Assembly (NCBI GenBank): GCA_963742755.1
Contig: CAVUMU010000002.1
Location: 108,987-172,986, forward strand
DNA length: 64,000 nucleotides
Origin: an uncultured Gemmatimonadales bacterium
GTDB lineage: Bacteria; Gemmatimonadota; Gemmatimonadetes; Gemmatimonadales; GWC2-71-9
Direction of reading: 5' to 3'
In this document: positions 36,977-45,213 of the stretch, one piece after another
How positions within the stretch are numbered: position 1 is the stretch's first letter
How the letters are laid out: each line of letters opens with the position of its first letter
Program-made: the position numbers and the translations under genes
Notes under the pieces: model-generated
The model's input: the letters and a program-made list of their open reading frames with translations, nothing else
Told to the model about the DNA's origin: nothing
Databases searched by the model: none

Positions 36977-37634
36977 TTCGTTCGAAGACCCCGTGCCACA
37001 TGGCTCGGGTGAGCCGCCCGGTATTGGTGTTCTGCCGACTGGGATGAAACGAGGAGATCAGGATGGTGCCGTCTTCCAGCCTGGTCTCCTCGCCGTGCGC
37101 GAAACGTGGCCGATGGCGCGGACCGAGCCGGTCCCACCAACCCGCGGCGCGCAGCCACTGCTCCCACCCGATCCTCCCCAGCGCCAGCACCACCCGCACC
37201 GATCGTAGCTGCGCCAGCTCGGCCTCGAGAAAGGGCCGGCAACGGGCCAGCTCTTCAGGAGTGGGCCGATTATCCGGCGGGGCACAGCGCCCCGCTGACG
37301 TGATGTAGCAATCGGTAAGTATCAAGCCGTCATCGCGAGAGCGTGAAACAGGAAGATTGGACCAGCCATACTGATGGAGCACCCCGTACAGCCATTCGCC
37401 ACTGGCATCGCCGGTAAATGCCCGGCCAGTGCGGTTGCTGCCGTGGGCTCCAGGTGCCAGGCCCACGAGAAGGAGCCGGGCCTCCGGATCACCGAACCCC
37501 GGCACCGGCCGCCCCCAGTACTCCTCAGTCGAAAAGGCTCGCTTTCGAGCGAGTGATATCTCCCGGCAGTGGTCTCGCAGCCGGGGGCAGAGCGCGCAGC
37601 TGGTGATGCGGTCGGCCAGGAGGGAGAGCGACAT
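36888..37634 (-). CDS. Uracil-DNA glycosylase superfamily protein (family 4/5, UdgB-like)
   Basis: 248 aa. CALCPRL, GLAPGAHGSNRTGRAFTGD and SFHPSRQNTNTG motifs. Confidence 0.8.
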   Translation of the reverse strand: MSLSLLADRITSCALCPRLRDHCREISLARKRAFSTEEYWGRPVPGFGDPEARLLLVGLAPGAHGSNRTGRAFTGDASGEWLYGVLHQYGWSNLPVSRSRDDGLILTDCYITSAGRCAPPDNRPTPEELARCRPFLEAELAQLRSVRVVLALGRIGWEQWLRAAGWWDRLGPRHRPRFAHGEETRLEDGTILISSFHPSRQNTNTGRLTRAMWHGVFERIRTILPDVPPPPALPSVPRESRSPALPAR

Positions 37635-37649
37635 CTAGGTCTCGCCCCC

Positions 37650-38111
37650 CTAGTCTGGCAGGCGAAGCAGTAGGCGATCCCGGCTGCCTGCCGCTATTGG
37701 TTCGATCTGGGCAAAGATGGTCAGCGGTTCTCCCCGATCCGGTGCGCAGGCGAATGGGACCAGGCCCCGCACCTCGATCGTGGCACCGTCCTGCTCCATG
37801 ATCCAGGATCCAGCCCGCCGCCCCTCTCCTCGCGCCGCACACCGTCCGGCCACGCGCACCCGACGGCCCAGCAGGCTGTCTGTCGTCAGCGCCTCGCGCA
37901 GCTGCACCAGTGGAGCCTGCTCGGCCCGGACCGGCACCCGCCGCACCGGAGTCTCGGATGTTCTCCGGCGTGACCCTCCCCCCTCGGCTACCACCCCGGG
38001 TTCGGACCGCGGGTCGGGCACCGGCCTGGTGCTTCCCGTCCCGGGAGTTGAGCCGGTTCGGGGGCTGCAGCTGCCAAGGGAGAGGAGGATGAAAGGGACA
38101 AGATTTCGCAT
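37650..38111 (-). CDS. Hypothetical lipoprotein
   Basis: 153 aa. Signal plus lipobox (ILLSLGSC), a low-complexity linker, then a compact C-terminal domain. No family recognised. Confidence 0.45.
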   Translation of the reverse strand: MRNLVPFILLSLGSCSPRTGSTPGTGSTRPVPDPRSEPGVVAEGGGSRRRTSETPVRRVPVRAEQAPLVQLREALTTDSLLGRRVRVAGRCAARGEGRRAGSWIMEQDGATIEVRGLVPFACAPDRGEPLTIFAQIEPIAAGSRDRLLLRLPD

Positions 38112-38131
38112 GGCGGCTCCAGGCAGCGCGG

Positions 38132-39421
38132 CTAGGACACGCGCCGGGTCTTTCGCTTCATGAAGTCCATGAGAATGAACTGTCCGAGCGTCATAGTGTT
38201 GGTGAAGTACGCCTTGCCCCGGCAGATGGACGCCACCTGCTTGACGAATTCGACCAGGCTTCGATCCCGGGCCAGCATGAAGGTATTGATCATGATGCCG
38301 CTGCGACGGCAGTTCGACACCTCGCGATACGTAGCCTGCAGAATCTGGGGATCCAGGCCCATCGAGTTCACATAAATCCGGCCGTCGGGCATGGTGAGTG
38401 CCGACGGCTTGCCGTCTGTGATCATGATGATCTGCCGCATGTCCTTCTTCTGCCCCAGCAGCAGGCGACGGGCCAGCTTGAGCCCTTCGGCGGTATTGGT
38501 GTGATAGGGACCCACCTGGGCCGTGGCCAGGGCGCTCAGCGGAATTTCCTCGGCGGAATCATGGAAGAGTACGACCCGCAGACTGTCGCCGGGGAACTGG
38601 GTGCGAATCAGATGGGTGAGCGCCAGCGCGACCTTCTTTGCTGGAGTGAACCGGTCCTCGCCGTAGAGAATCATCGAGTGGGAGCAGTCCAGCATCAGCA
38701 CCGTTGCCGCGGAGGAGCGATACTCGGACTGGTTCACCATCAGGTCGCTGTACTCGATGTTGAGCGGGACACCCAGGCCCTCCCGCGCGATCGCGTTGGT
38801 CAGCGTGGCCGGTACATCGAGGTTGAGGACGTCACCGAACTCGTAATGCTTGCTGACGCCCTCGGCCTCGACTCCGGTGGCGAGGTAGGGCGTATCATGG
38901 GCCCCGAAGCTCGACTTGCCCACGCTGCCGAGCAGGTTCTTGAGCGTCTTATAGCCGAGGAAGTCGATGCCTTTTTCGGTCAGATTGAACTGCACCTGCT
39001 GGGCAGCCGAATGCGCTTGACCGCCAGGCCCGAACATCGACTGGTAGCCCTGGGGCACCTGGGGAGCCTGGCTGATGTTCAGGTAGCCCTCCGCCATCAG
39101 GCGCTGAACGATCTTGTCGAGCAGATCGCTCAGCTCGCCCTCGATCTCCTTATCCCGGGCCTCGTCACCGGTAGACTCTCCTCTGAGGACCTTCAGCATG
39201 TCGGGCGTCAGCTGGCCCGAATCCATGAGGGCCTGGAGAATGGCCTGACGCAGGGCCTCCAGCGAACGCTCGCTCTCCCCCATATCGTCGTGCCAGAAGG
39301 ACGGCGAATTCCCCGCGAACCCAGATTGCAGCAGAAAATCGCTCAGCTGGTCGAGGAGCCCCTGCAGATTGACCTGATCCGCGAGCTCGGGGTGGTATTT
39401 GGAGTAGGTGGTGAAGCGCAT
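38132..39421 (-). CDS. VWA-domain protein of the type normally paired with ChlI-like AAA+ ATPases
   Basis: 429 aa. C-terminal VWA with MIDAS-type LMLDCSHSM...ITDGKP. N-terminus MRFTTYSKYHPE. Confidence 0.8.
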   Translation of the reverse strand: MRFTTYSKYHPELADQVNLQGLLDQLSDFLLQSGFAGNSPSFWHDDMGESERSLEALRQAILQALMDSGQLTPDMLKVLRGESTGDEARDKEIEGELSDLLDKIVQRLMAEGYLNISQAPQVPQGYQSMFGPGGQAHSAAQQVQFNLTEKGIDFLGYKTLKNLLGSVGKSSFGAHDTPYLATGVEAEGVSKHYEFGDVLNLDVPATLTNAIAREGLGVPLNIEYSDLMVNQSEYRSSAATVLMLDCSHSMILYGEDRFTPAKKVALALTHLIRTQFPGDSLRVVLFHDSAEEIPLSALATAQVGPYHTNTAEGLKLARRLLLGQKKDMRQIIMITDGKPSALTMPDGRIYVNSMGLDPQILQATYREVSNCRRSGIMINTFMLARDRSLVEFVKQVASICRGKAYFTNTMTLGQFILMDFMKRKTRRVS

Positions 39422-39424
39422 TTA

Positions 39425-39609
39425 GAAAGGTCTAGGGTCTAGTGTCAGGGATCGAAGCATAACCTTCATTTGTATTGATAACGTCTAGGAGACGGGTTCA
39501 CCATGGTGCGCCGGTTAAGTCCAGATCCTAGACTCCTGGACCCTGGACCCTGGACCCTGGACCCTGGACCCTAGGCCCTAGACTCCAGACTTTAGACTCT
39601 AGACCTTTC
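39425..39609. repeat. Heptamer-array inverted repeat, GGTCTAG/CCTGGAC family (left arm 3 units 39429-39449, right arm 12 units 39521-39604)
   Basis: The right arm includes five perfect CCTGGAC copies (39535-39569). Terminal 18-bp inverted repeat 39425-39442 / 39592-39609 (11 perfect bp GAAAGGTCTAG/CTAGACCTTTC, then 5 Watson-Crick and 2 G-T). AT-richer 70-nt centre. Confidence 0.9.
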
Positions 39610-39613
39610 CGCC

Positions 39614-40882
39614 GTGCTGCCTTCCTCTGCCCGCGCCGTCTTCGCCGCTCTCAAGCACCGGAACTTCCGGCTCTTCCTAACCGGCCAGTTCATTTCTCTC
39701 TGCGGCACCTGGATGCAGACCATCGCCCAGGGGTGGCTGGTGCTGCGTCTCACCGACTCGGCCTTTGCGGTCGGCCTGGTCACCGCCCTGGGATCGCTCC
39801 CGATCCTGCTGTTTACGTTGTATGGCGGGGTGATCGCGGATCGGGTGAACAAGCGGCGATTCATCATGGTGCTCCAGAGCCTGATGCTGCTCGAGGCCCT
39901 GACGCTGGGGGTGTTGACTGCCCTGGATTTGATCACGGTCGAGTGGGTAATGGGGCTTGCGGTGTTCTTTGGCCTCCTCACCGCCTTCGAGGTGCCGGTG
40001 CGGCAGGCGTTTGTGGCTGAGATCGTGGATCGGGATGACCTGATGAACGCCATTGCCCTGGGGTCGAGCGCATTCAACCTGGCCCGGGTCATTGGTCCCG
40101 CGCTGGCCGGAGTTCTCATTGCCACGCTGGGGCTGCCGGCATGTTTCTTTGCCAACGCGGCCAGTTACCTGGCGGTCATCGCGAGTTTGGTGCGAATGCA
40201 GGTCCCGCAGACAGTGGCGCACCGCGCTGCTTCTCTGTGGACCGCCTTGGGGGAAGGGGTGAGCTATATCCTCGGCAGGCGTTGGCCACGCGCCCTGGTC
40301 ATCATCGTTACGACATTCAGCATCTTCGGCTTTTCCTTCATGCCACTGATGCCGGTGTTCGCCCGTGATGCGCTGGGGCTCAACGCAAGCGGTTACGGTG
40401 TGATGGTGGCCTCGATTGGGGCTGGCGCCCTGGCGGCCGCCTTTTTCATGGCGGCGTTTGGCGGCCGGGTGCGGCAATCCCGTCTGGTTCTGGGATCCTC
40501 CATCGTCTTCGGCACGGTGCTCGTTGCCGCCGCGCTGGCCCCGAATTTCTGGTCGGCTGCAATCCTGTTCACGCTCTGTGGCGGTGTGATGGCCCTCAAT
40601 GGAATCGCGGCCAACACCATGCTTCAGACTGAGGCACCCGATGAGATGCGCGGCCGGGTAATGGGATTCTACTCCTTCATGGTGCTGGGCCTGGCTCCCG
40701 TTGGGTCGCTGCAGGCGGGCTGGGTCGCCGAGCATTTCGGCGTGCGGATAGCCTTTGCGGTGGGCGGGCTGGTCTGCCTAACCGTGGCGGCTGGGGTGGC
40801 CTGGTGGATGGGGCGCGCGGTTCGGGACCGGCGTGACGAACGCGAGCGGGTAGCGGCGCTGGAACGAAGGGAGAGACCATGA
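39614..40882 (+). CDS. MFS transporter (EntS/MFS_3-like)
   Basis: 422 aa, about 12 TM helices. N-terminus ALKHRNFRLFLTGQFISLCGTWMQ is typical of this MFS subgroup. Confidence 0.85.
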   Translation: MLPSSARAVFAALKHRNFRLFLTGQFISLCGTWMQTIAQGWLVLRLTDSAFAVGLVTALGSLPILLFTLYGGVIADRVNKRRFIMVLQSLMLLEALTLGVLTALDLITVEWVMGLAVFFGLLTAFEVPVRQAFVAEIVDRDDLMNAIALGSSAFNLARVIGPALAGVLIATLGLPACFFANAASYLAVIASLVRMQVPQTVAHRAASLWTALGEGVSYILGRRWPRALVIIVTTFSIFGFSFMPLMPVFARDALGLNASGYGVMVASIGAGALAAAFFMAAFGGRVRQSRLVLGSSIVFGTVLVAAALAPNFWSAAILFTLCGGVMALNGIAANTMLQTEAPDEMRGRVMGFYSFMVLGLAPVGSLQAGWVAEHFGVRIAFAVGGLVCLTVAAGVAWWMGRAVRDRRDERERVAALERRERP

Positions 40883-41544
40883 TCATCACGATATCCCGGC
40901 AATATGGCGCCGGCGGGTCTGAGGTTGCCCGCCGGGTGGCCGCCGCGCTCAACTGGCGGGTAGTCGATAACGAGCTGGTCGAGGAAGTTGCCGCACGAGC
41001 CGGGCTACCGGCTTCGGATGTCGCGGAGCGCGAGGAGCGGGTACCCAGCTTTGCCGAACGGCTGGCGCGCACGCTGGCGGCCTCCACGCCTGAACTTTTC
41101 GCTGCGCCGGTCCCCGGCGGTACCGTGCCCAGATTGCAGGAGACTGATCTGGTGCGGATCACCGAAACGGTGGTGGCCGAGGTGGCCGCGAAGGGCCGGG
41201 CTGTGCTGGTGGGCCGAGCTGCGCCGGCGGTACTGGCCCGGGAAAGCAACGGTCTTCACGTTCAACTCGTTGCTCCCCGGGCTTGGCGAATCCAGGCGGC
41301 CGCCGAACGACTCGGCGTGGATCAGGCGAAGGCCGCGGAAATTCTGGATGAGACCGACCGCACCCGGGCGAACTATCTTCGCCAGTACTATCGGCGCGAT
41401 TGGTACGACCCGGTGAACTATCACCTGGTGCTGAACACTGGAGTCCTGGGATTGGACGGAGCAACCGAGGTGATCGTGGGAGAGGCGAGGCGACGGGGGT
41501 GGATTGAGGGCGGCCCCGCTGCCCCGCTGGTCACCCGAAGCTGA
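40879..41544 (+). CDS. Cytidylate-kinase-like family protein
   Basis: 221 aa. MIITISRQYGAGGSEVARRVA P-loop-like N-terminus. ATGA overlap with the MFS gene. Confidence 0.75.
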   Translation: MIITISRQYGAGGSEVARRVAAALNWRVVDNELVEEVAARAGLPASDVAEREERVPSFAERLARTLAASTPELFAAPVPGGTVPRLQETDLVRITETVVAEVAAKGRAVLVGRAAPAVLARESNGLHVQLVAPRAWRIQAAAERLGVDQAKAAEILDETDRTRANYLRQYYRRDWYDPVNYHLVLNTGVLGLDGATEVIVGEARRRGWIEGGPAAPLVTRS

Positions 41545-42997
41545 TCCCGCCCCCCTTCCCGTACCCCGGCTCTCTCCGCTCCGGCTTCGCCCGGGTATAG
41601 CCGAGCTCCTCGCTCCGGCTAATCCGCTTTTGGGCCGCGAGACCTTCGAGCACCAGCTCGCACGCGGCCACCTGCCGGGGAGCGTCCTTGTTCGTGGCCA
41701 GGCCGAATTCGGTGACCAGCTCCAGCAGGCCGGGCACGACGCCAAAGCCCTTGAGACAGAGATCGGAGCGTTCGTCGCCGGAGACCTTGAGCGCACCGCC
41801 CTGATCGAACCAGGCCACGATCTTTCCCATGTCGGCGCCTCCCATGCGCTCCTCCATCACCCGTCCGGCTGCCCGGCGAATCAAGTCCCGGGCGATGGTG
41901 TCTCCTCCCTGGAGCTCGCCTTCGTACTCCAGCTCCAGCTTGCCGGTAATGGACGGCACGGCCGCGTAGACATCGCTTACCCGGGGCACCACGCGCTCTT
42001 CGCCCAGCGCCACAGTGCGCCGTTCCGCGTTGGAAACGGCATTCTCGAGTGCGCTGATCGGCAGGCGCTGGCTTACCCCTGATCGCTTGTCTACCCGCTT
42101 GTCCTCACGCGCCTCAAACGCCACTCGCTCGATCACCTCGAGCACGAAATCGGGGACATCGACTGGCGGCCCGCCGCGCTCGGTCCAGGCCTCCTGGGTG
42201 GTGATCTCCATGCCGAGCTGCACGGTGCGGGGATAGTGGGTGATGACCTCGGATCCAATCCGGTCCTTCAGCGGGGTGATGATCTTGCCCCGGGCGGTGT
42301 AGTCCTCGGGATTGGCGGTGAAGGCGAGGAGCACGTCCAGCGGAAGGCGCACGGGGTAGCCTTTGATCTGGACGTCGCCCTCCTGCATGATGTTGAAGAG
42401 GCCGACTTGCACCTTGCCACTCAGGTCCGGTAGCTCGTTGATGGCAAAGATGCCCCGGTTGGCTCGAGGCAGCAGCCCGAAATGCATGGTGAGCTCATCG
42501 GACAGCAGGTGCCCGCCGCGGGCAGCCTTGATCGGGTCCACGTCCCCGATAAGGTCTGCGATGGTAACGTCGGGAGTGGCGAGCTTCTCGACGAAGCGCT
42601 GGTCCCGCCGCAGCCAGGCCAGTGGAGTGGCGTCGCCGCACTCCGTCAGCAGCTCGCGGGCGTACTTGGAGATCGGCGCGAAAGGATCGTCGTTCACCTC
42701 GCTTCCCGCGACGATCGGGATGCGCTCGTCCAGCAGACCAGTGAGCTCTCGCAGGATTCGGCTCTTGGCCTGACCCCGAAGCCCCAAGAGGATGAAATGG
42801 TGCCGGGCGAGGAGCGCGTTGACTATCTGAGGGAGAATGGTGTCCTCGTAGCCGAGGATGCCGGGGAAGAGCGGCTCGCCCGACCCGAGTCTGGCCAGGA
42901 GGTTGCGTCGAATCTCTTCCCGGACGGTGCGGCCCCTGAGGGGGGTCTCGGCCCACCGGCTGTTCTTGAGTTCACCCAACGTGCGTGGTTCGATCAT
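41531..42997 (-). CDS. AAA+ ATPase, Mg-chelatase ChlI-like (often mis-labelled sigma-54-interacting)
   Basis: 488 aa. Walker A-like LLGLRGQAKS and Walker B/sensor region GIFAINELPDL...FNIMQEGDVQIKG. Confidence 0.8.
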   Translation of the reverse strand: MIEPRTLGELKNSRWAETPLRGRTVREEIRRNLLARLGSGEPLFPGILGYEDTILPQIVNALLARHHFILLGLRGQAKSRILRELTGLLDERIPIVAGSEVNDDPFAPISKYARELLTECGDATPLAWLRRDQRFVEKLATPDVTIADLIGDVDPIKAARGGHLLSDELTMHFGLLPRANRGIFAINELPDLSGKVQVGLFNIMQEGDVQIKGYPVRLPLDVLLAFTANPEDYTARGKIITPLKDRIGSEVITHYPRTVQLGMEITTQEAWTERGGPPVDVPDFVLEVIERVAFEAREDKRVDKRSGVSQRLPISALENAVSNAERRTVALGEERVVPRVSDVYAAVPSITGKLELEYEGELQGGDTIARDLIRRAAGRVMEERMGGADMGKIVAWFDQGGALKVSGDERSDLCLKGFGVVPGLLELVTEFGLATNKDAPRQVAACELVLEGLAAQKRISRSEELGYTRAKPERREPGYGKGGGISFG

Positions 42998-43236
42998 GGC
43001 TTGATTCGCTTCGAATGCGGGATCCAGGGTGCGGAACTTAAGGTCTTTGGCAGCAATATGTTAGCGTCTAATGGGCGGTCACCAGCCGACTCAGTCGCGG
43101 ACGGTCGCGGCGAAGGTCTGCAAGTTCCCTCACCTTGCACAAACCAAAACAGCGACGTACCTTCGCCCCCACGTCTGCCCGGCGCGAACGGCTCAGACCC
43201 GAATTCCACCACCAACTGTCCCCTGATGGAGAGACG

Positions 43237-43401
43237 ATGAAGACGATCCTGTTGATGACCGCGGTGCTGGTGCTTGCTGCCTGTGGTGAGAAGAAGGGAA
43301 CCACGTCGGGCGCCGATACGTCCGGCATGGCTCCGACCATGGCTGACACCTCAAGCATGATGCACTCCGACTCCACGATGACGCGGGACACGGCCAAGTA
43401 A
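43237..43401 (+). CDS. Possible 54-aa Met-rich mini-lipoprotein
   Basis: ATG 43237, preceded by GGAGAG. Lipobox LVLAAC. The mature 38 aa contain 6 Met plus 1 His (GMAPTMADTSSMMHSDSTM). Followed by a good terminator. Confidence 0.45.
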   Translation: MKTILLMTAVLVLAACGEKKGTTSGADTSGMAPTMADTSSMMHSDSTMTRDTAK

Positions 43402-43429
43402 CAGGGCCATGCGTCTCGCAGTCCGACGG

Positions 43430-43461
43430 GCCCCGAGCATCGCTCGGGGCTCGTTCGTTTC
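43430..43461 (+). terminator. Intrinsic terminator
   Basis: GCCCCGAG catcg CTCGGGGC (8-bp perfect stem), followed by TCGTTCGTTTCC. Confidence 0.55.
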
Positions 43462-43466
43462 CGGCA

Positions 43467-44453
43467 TCACCCGTCCAGGTCCTCAGGACCAAACGGCAGG
43501 GCGACTACTGTAGCCGGCCGCCCGCCAGCCACAAGCTCCTCGCCCACGCTGACCTCCCGACGGATCAACCCCAATCCAATGGCGCGATCGTCGAGGCTAA
43601 GCGTGGACCGGACGCTCCCGACCTCGCGCTCCCCCTTATTAATGGTCCGGCCATCGAGCGGCTCGGCTCGTCGCCACCTGAGTCCGCGCAGCTCGCGGTT
43701 GGTGTGGCCCCTGAAGTGCAACCGGGCCACCGTCTCCTGTCCGGTGTAGCAACCTTTGGTGTACGACACGCCCCCGATCTGATCGTACCGTACCTCCTGC
43801 GGTAGCGTCCGGTCGTCGATCTCGGCGCCCAAGGCCGGCCAGCCGCAGAGGATTCGAGCCGCGTGAAGGTCGTCCTCCCGGCCCGGAAGCGCACCGGCCG
43901 ACAGCAACCGGGAGCTCAGCGCCGCCACCGCCGGCTCGGCCCCCACGGCCAGCGCCACGAAGGGCGCGGCCTCGGGTGCGAGGGCCAGGGCCACGGGACT
44001 CACCTCTCCACCGACCGAGGCGACTCGGCCTGAGGACTCCGGCATGGCGACTCCCGATTTGGCCAGTGTCTGGAATCCGTGGGCACCAATCAGCCAGGCT
44101 ACCCTGGCCTCCCCCGTCAGGTCGGTCACCCGGGCCAGGCGCGGAGGGAGCTGTCGGCGGAAGAGATCCAGCGAGGCTTCATGTCCCGAACGAGGAGCAA
44201 TGAGCGTGATGGCATCCGCCTGCCGGATGACCCAGTAGTCCACCACCAGGGCGCCCTTGGGAGTGAGCAGGGCGCCGTAGACCAGGCTGTTATCGCCAGG
44301 CTTCACCAGGTCATTGGTGAGCAGCCCCTGTAAGCATGCCAGGGCGCCCGGACCCTGCACCCGGAAGACCGCTGGCTCGCTGGTCACCAGTACCGCGCCG
44401 TGACGAACCTCCGAGAGTCGATCTCGATCGAGGGTCAGATCGAATTCAGACAT
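43467..44453 (-). CDS. YgfZ/GcvT-like folate-binding protein
   Basis: ATG 44453, 328 aa. The signature KGCYTGQETVARLHFRGH is typical of YgfZ. Confidence 0.8.
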   Translation of the reverse strand: MSEFDLTLDRDRLSEVRHGAVLVTSEPAVFRVQGPGALACLQGLLTNDLVKPGDNSLVYGALLTPKGALVVDYWVIRQADAITLIAPRSGHEASLDLFRRQLPPRLARVTDLTGEARVAWLIGAHGFQTLAKSGVAMPESSGRVASVGGEVSPVALALAPEAAPFVALAVGAEPAVAALSSRLLSAGALPGREDDLHAARILCGWPALGAEIDDRTLPQEVRYDQIGGVSYTKGCYTGQETVARLHFRGHTNRELRGLRWRRAEPLDGRTINKGEREVGSVRSTLSLDDRAIGLGLIRREVSVGEELVAGGRPATVVALPFGPEDLDG

Positions 44454-45108
44454 GAGCCCAAGGGAGCTCGGCGGCATCATGACCCACGAAATCCTGCCAG
44501 ACCAGATCGGCGTTGCTCAGCATGTCTTCAGGGTGGGAAGTGGCCAGTACGGCGCAGCGAAGACCGGCAGCGCGGGCGGCGTTCAGCCCGGGTATCGAGT
44601 CCTCCACGACGACGCAGCGCCGGGGTGCGAGCTCCAGCTTCTCCCGCGCCCGATTGTAGCCCTGAGGATCGGGTTTGCACGCGCCCACGTCTTCCGCGGC
44701 GACAATCTCGGCAAAATGGGGTCGCAGCCCGGCCAGCTGCAGCACCAGATCGATCTCGCTTCTGAGCGCGCCGGAGACGATAGCGAGCTGAAAGCCATCC
44801 AGCGCCGCGTTCTCAATGAAATCGGCCACCCCTGGAACCAGGCGCATGGAGCCACGGATGGATCGCTCGTACTCGGCATGCTTGCGGGCGATTGCCTCCC
44901 GGAGCGCGGCCTCGTCCTGGGGTCGGCCCATGCGCTCGAAGGTGAACCGGAAGCACTCCCGGTCGTCGAAGCCGAGATACTCGCGATAATAGGTGTCCCG
45001 GTCCAGCGCGTACCCGTATCCCGCCAGGGTGGCGATCAGCGCATCGCAGTGTTGTGACTCATCGTCCACGATGACGCCATTGAAGTCGAACAGGATGCCG
45101 GAGGTCAT
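44446..45108 (-). CDS. HAD-superfamily hydrolase (beta-phosphoglucomutase-like subfamily IA)
   Basis: ATG 45108, 220 aa. Motif I ILFDFNGVIVDDE. VVEDSIPGLNAA. The ORF-track extension to 45204 merely translates the heptamer repeat. Confidence 0.8.
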   Translation of the reverse strand: MTSGILFDFNGVIVDDESQHCDALIATLAGYGYALDRDTYYREYLGFDDRECFRFTFERMGRPQDEAALREAIARKHAEYERSIRGSMRLVPGVADFIENAALDGFQLAIVSGALRSEIDLVLQLAGLRPHFAEIVAAEDVGACKPDPQGYNRAREKLELAPRRCVVVEDSIPGLNAARAAGLRCAVLATSHPEDMLSNADLVWQDFVGHDAAELPWAHV

Positions 45109-45125
45109 GGAGAAGGTATAACTGG

Positions 45126-45213
45126 GTAAGAGGTGAGAAGTAAGAAGTAAGAGAGAAAACGGAGAAGGCGGTTGCCAATTGTCCTTCTCACCTCTCACTT
45201 TCATTTCTTATCC
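45126..45213. repeat. Heptamer-array inverted repeat, GTGAGAA/GTAAGAA family (arms about 45126-45168 and 45183-45213)
   Basis: Left arm GTAAGAG GTGAGAA GTAAGAA GTAAGAG ...GGAGAAGG, loop CGGTTGCCAATTGT, then CCTTCTCAC CTCTCAC TTTCATTTCTTATCC. The glcF stop (TAA 45210..45208) lies in the right arm. Confidence 0.85.

Noticed and set aside
43001-43040. tRNA-like TTCGAAT (T-loop-like) sequence in the gap upstream of the AAA+ ATPase gene.
   Set aside because: The flanking bases do not form a T-stem, and no acceptor or anticodon arms can be drawn. No tRNA is called anywhere in the window.
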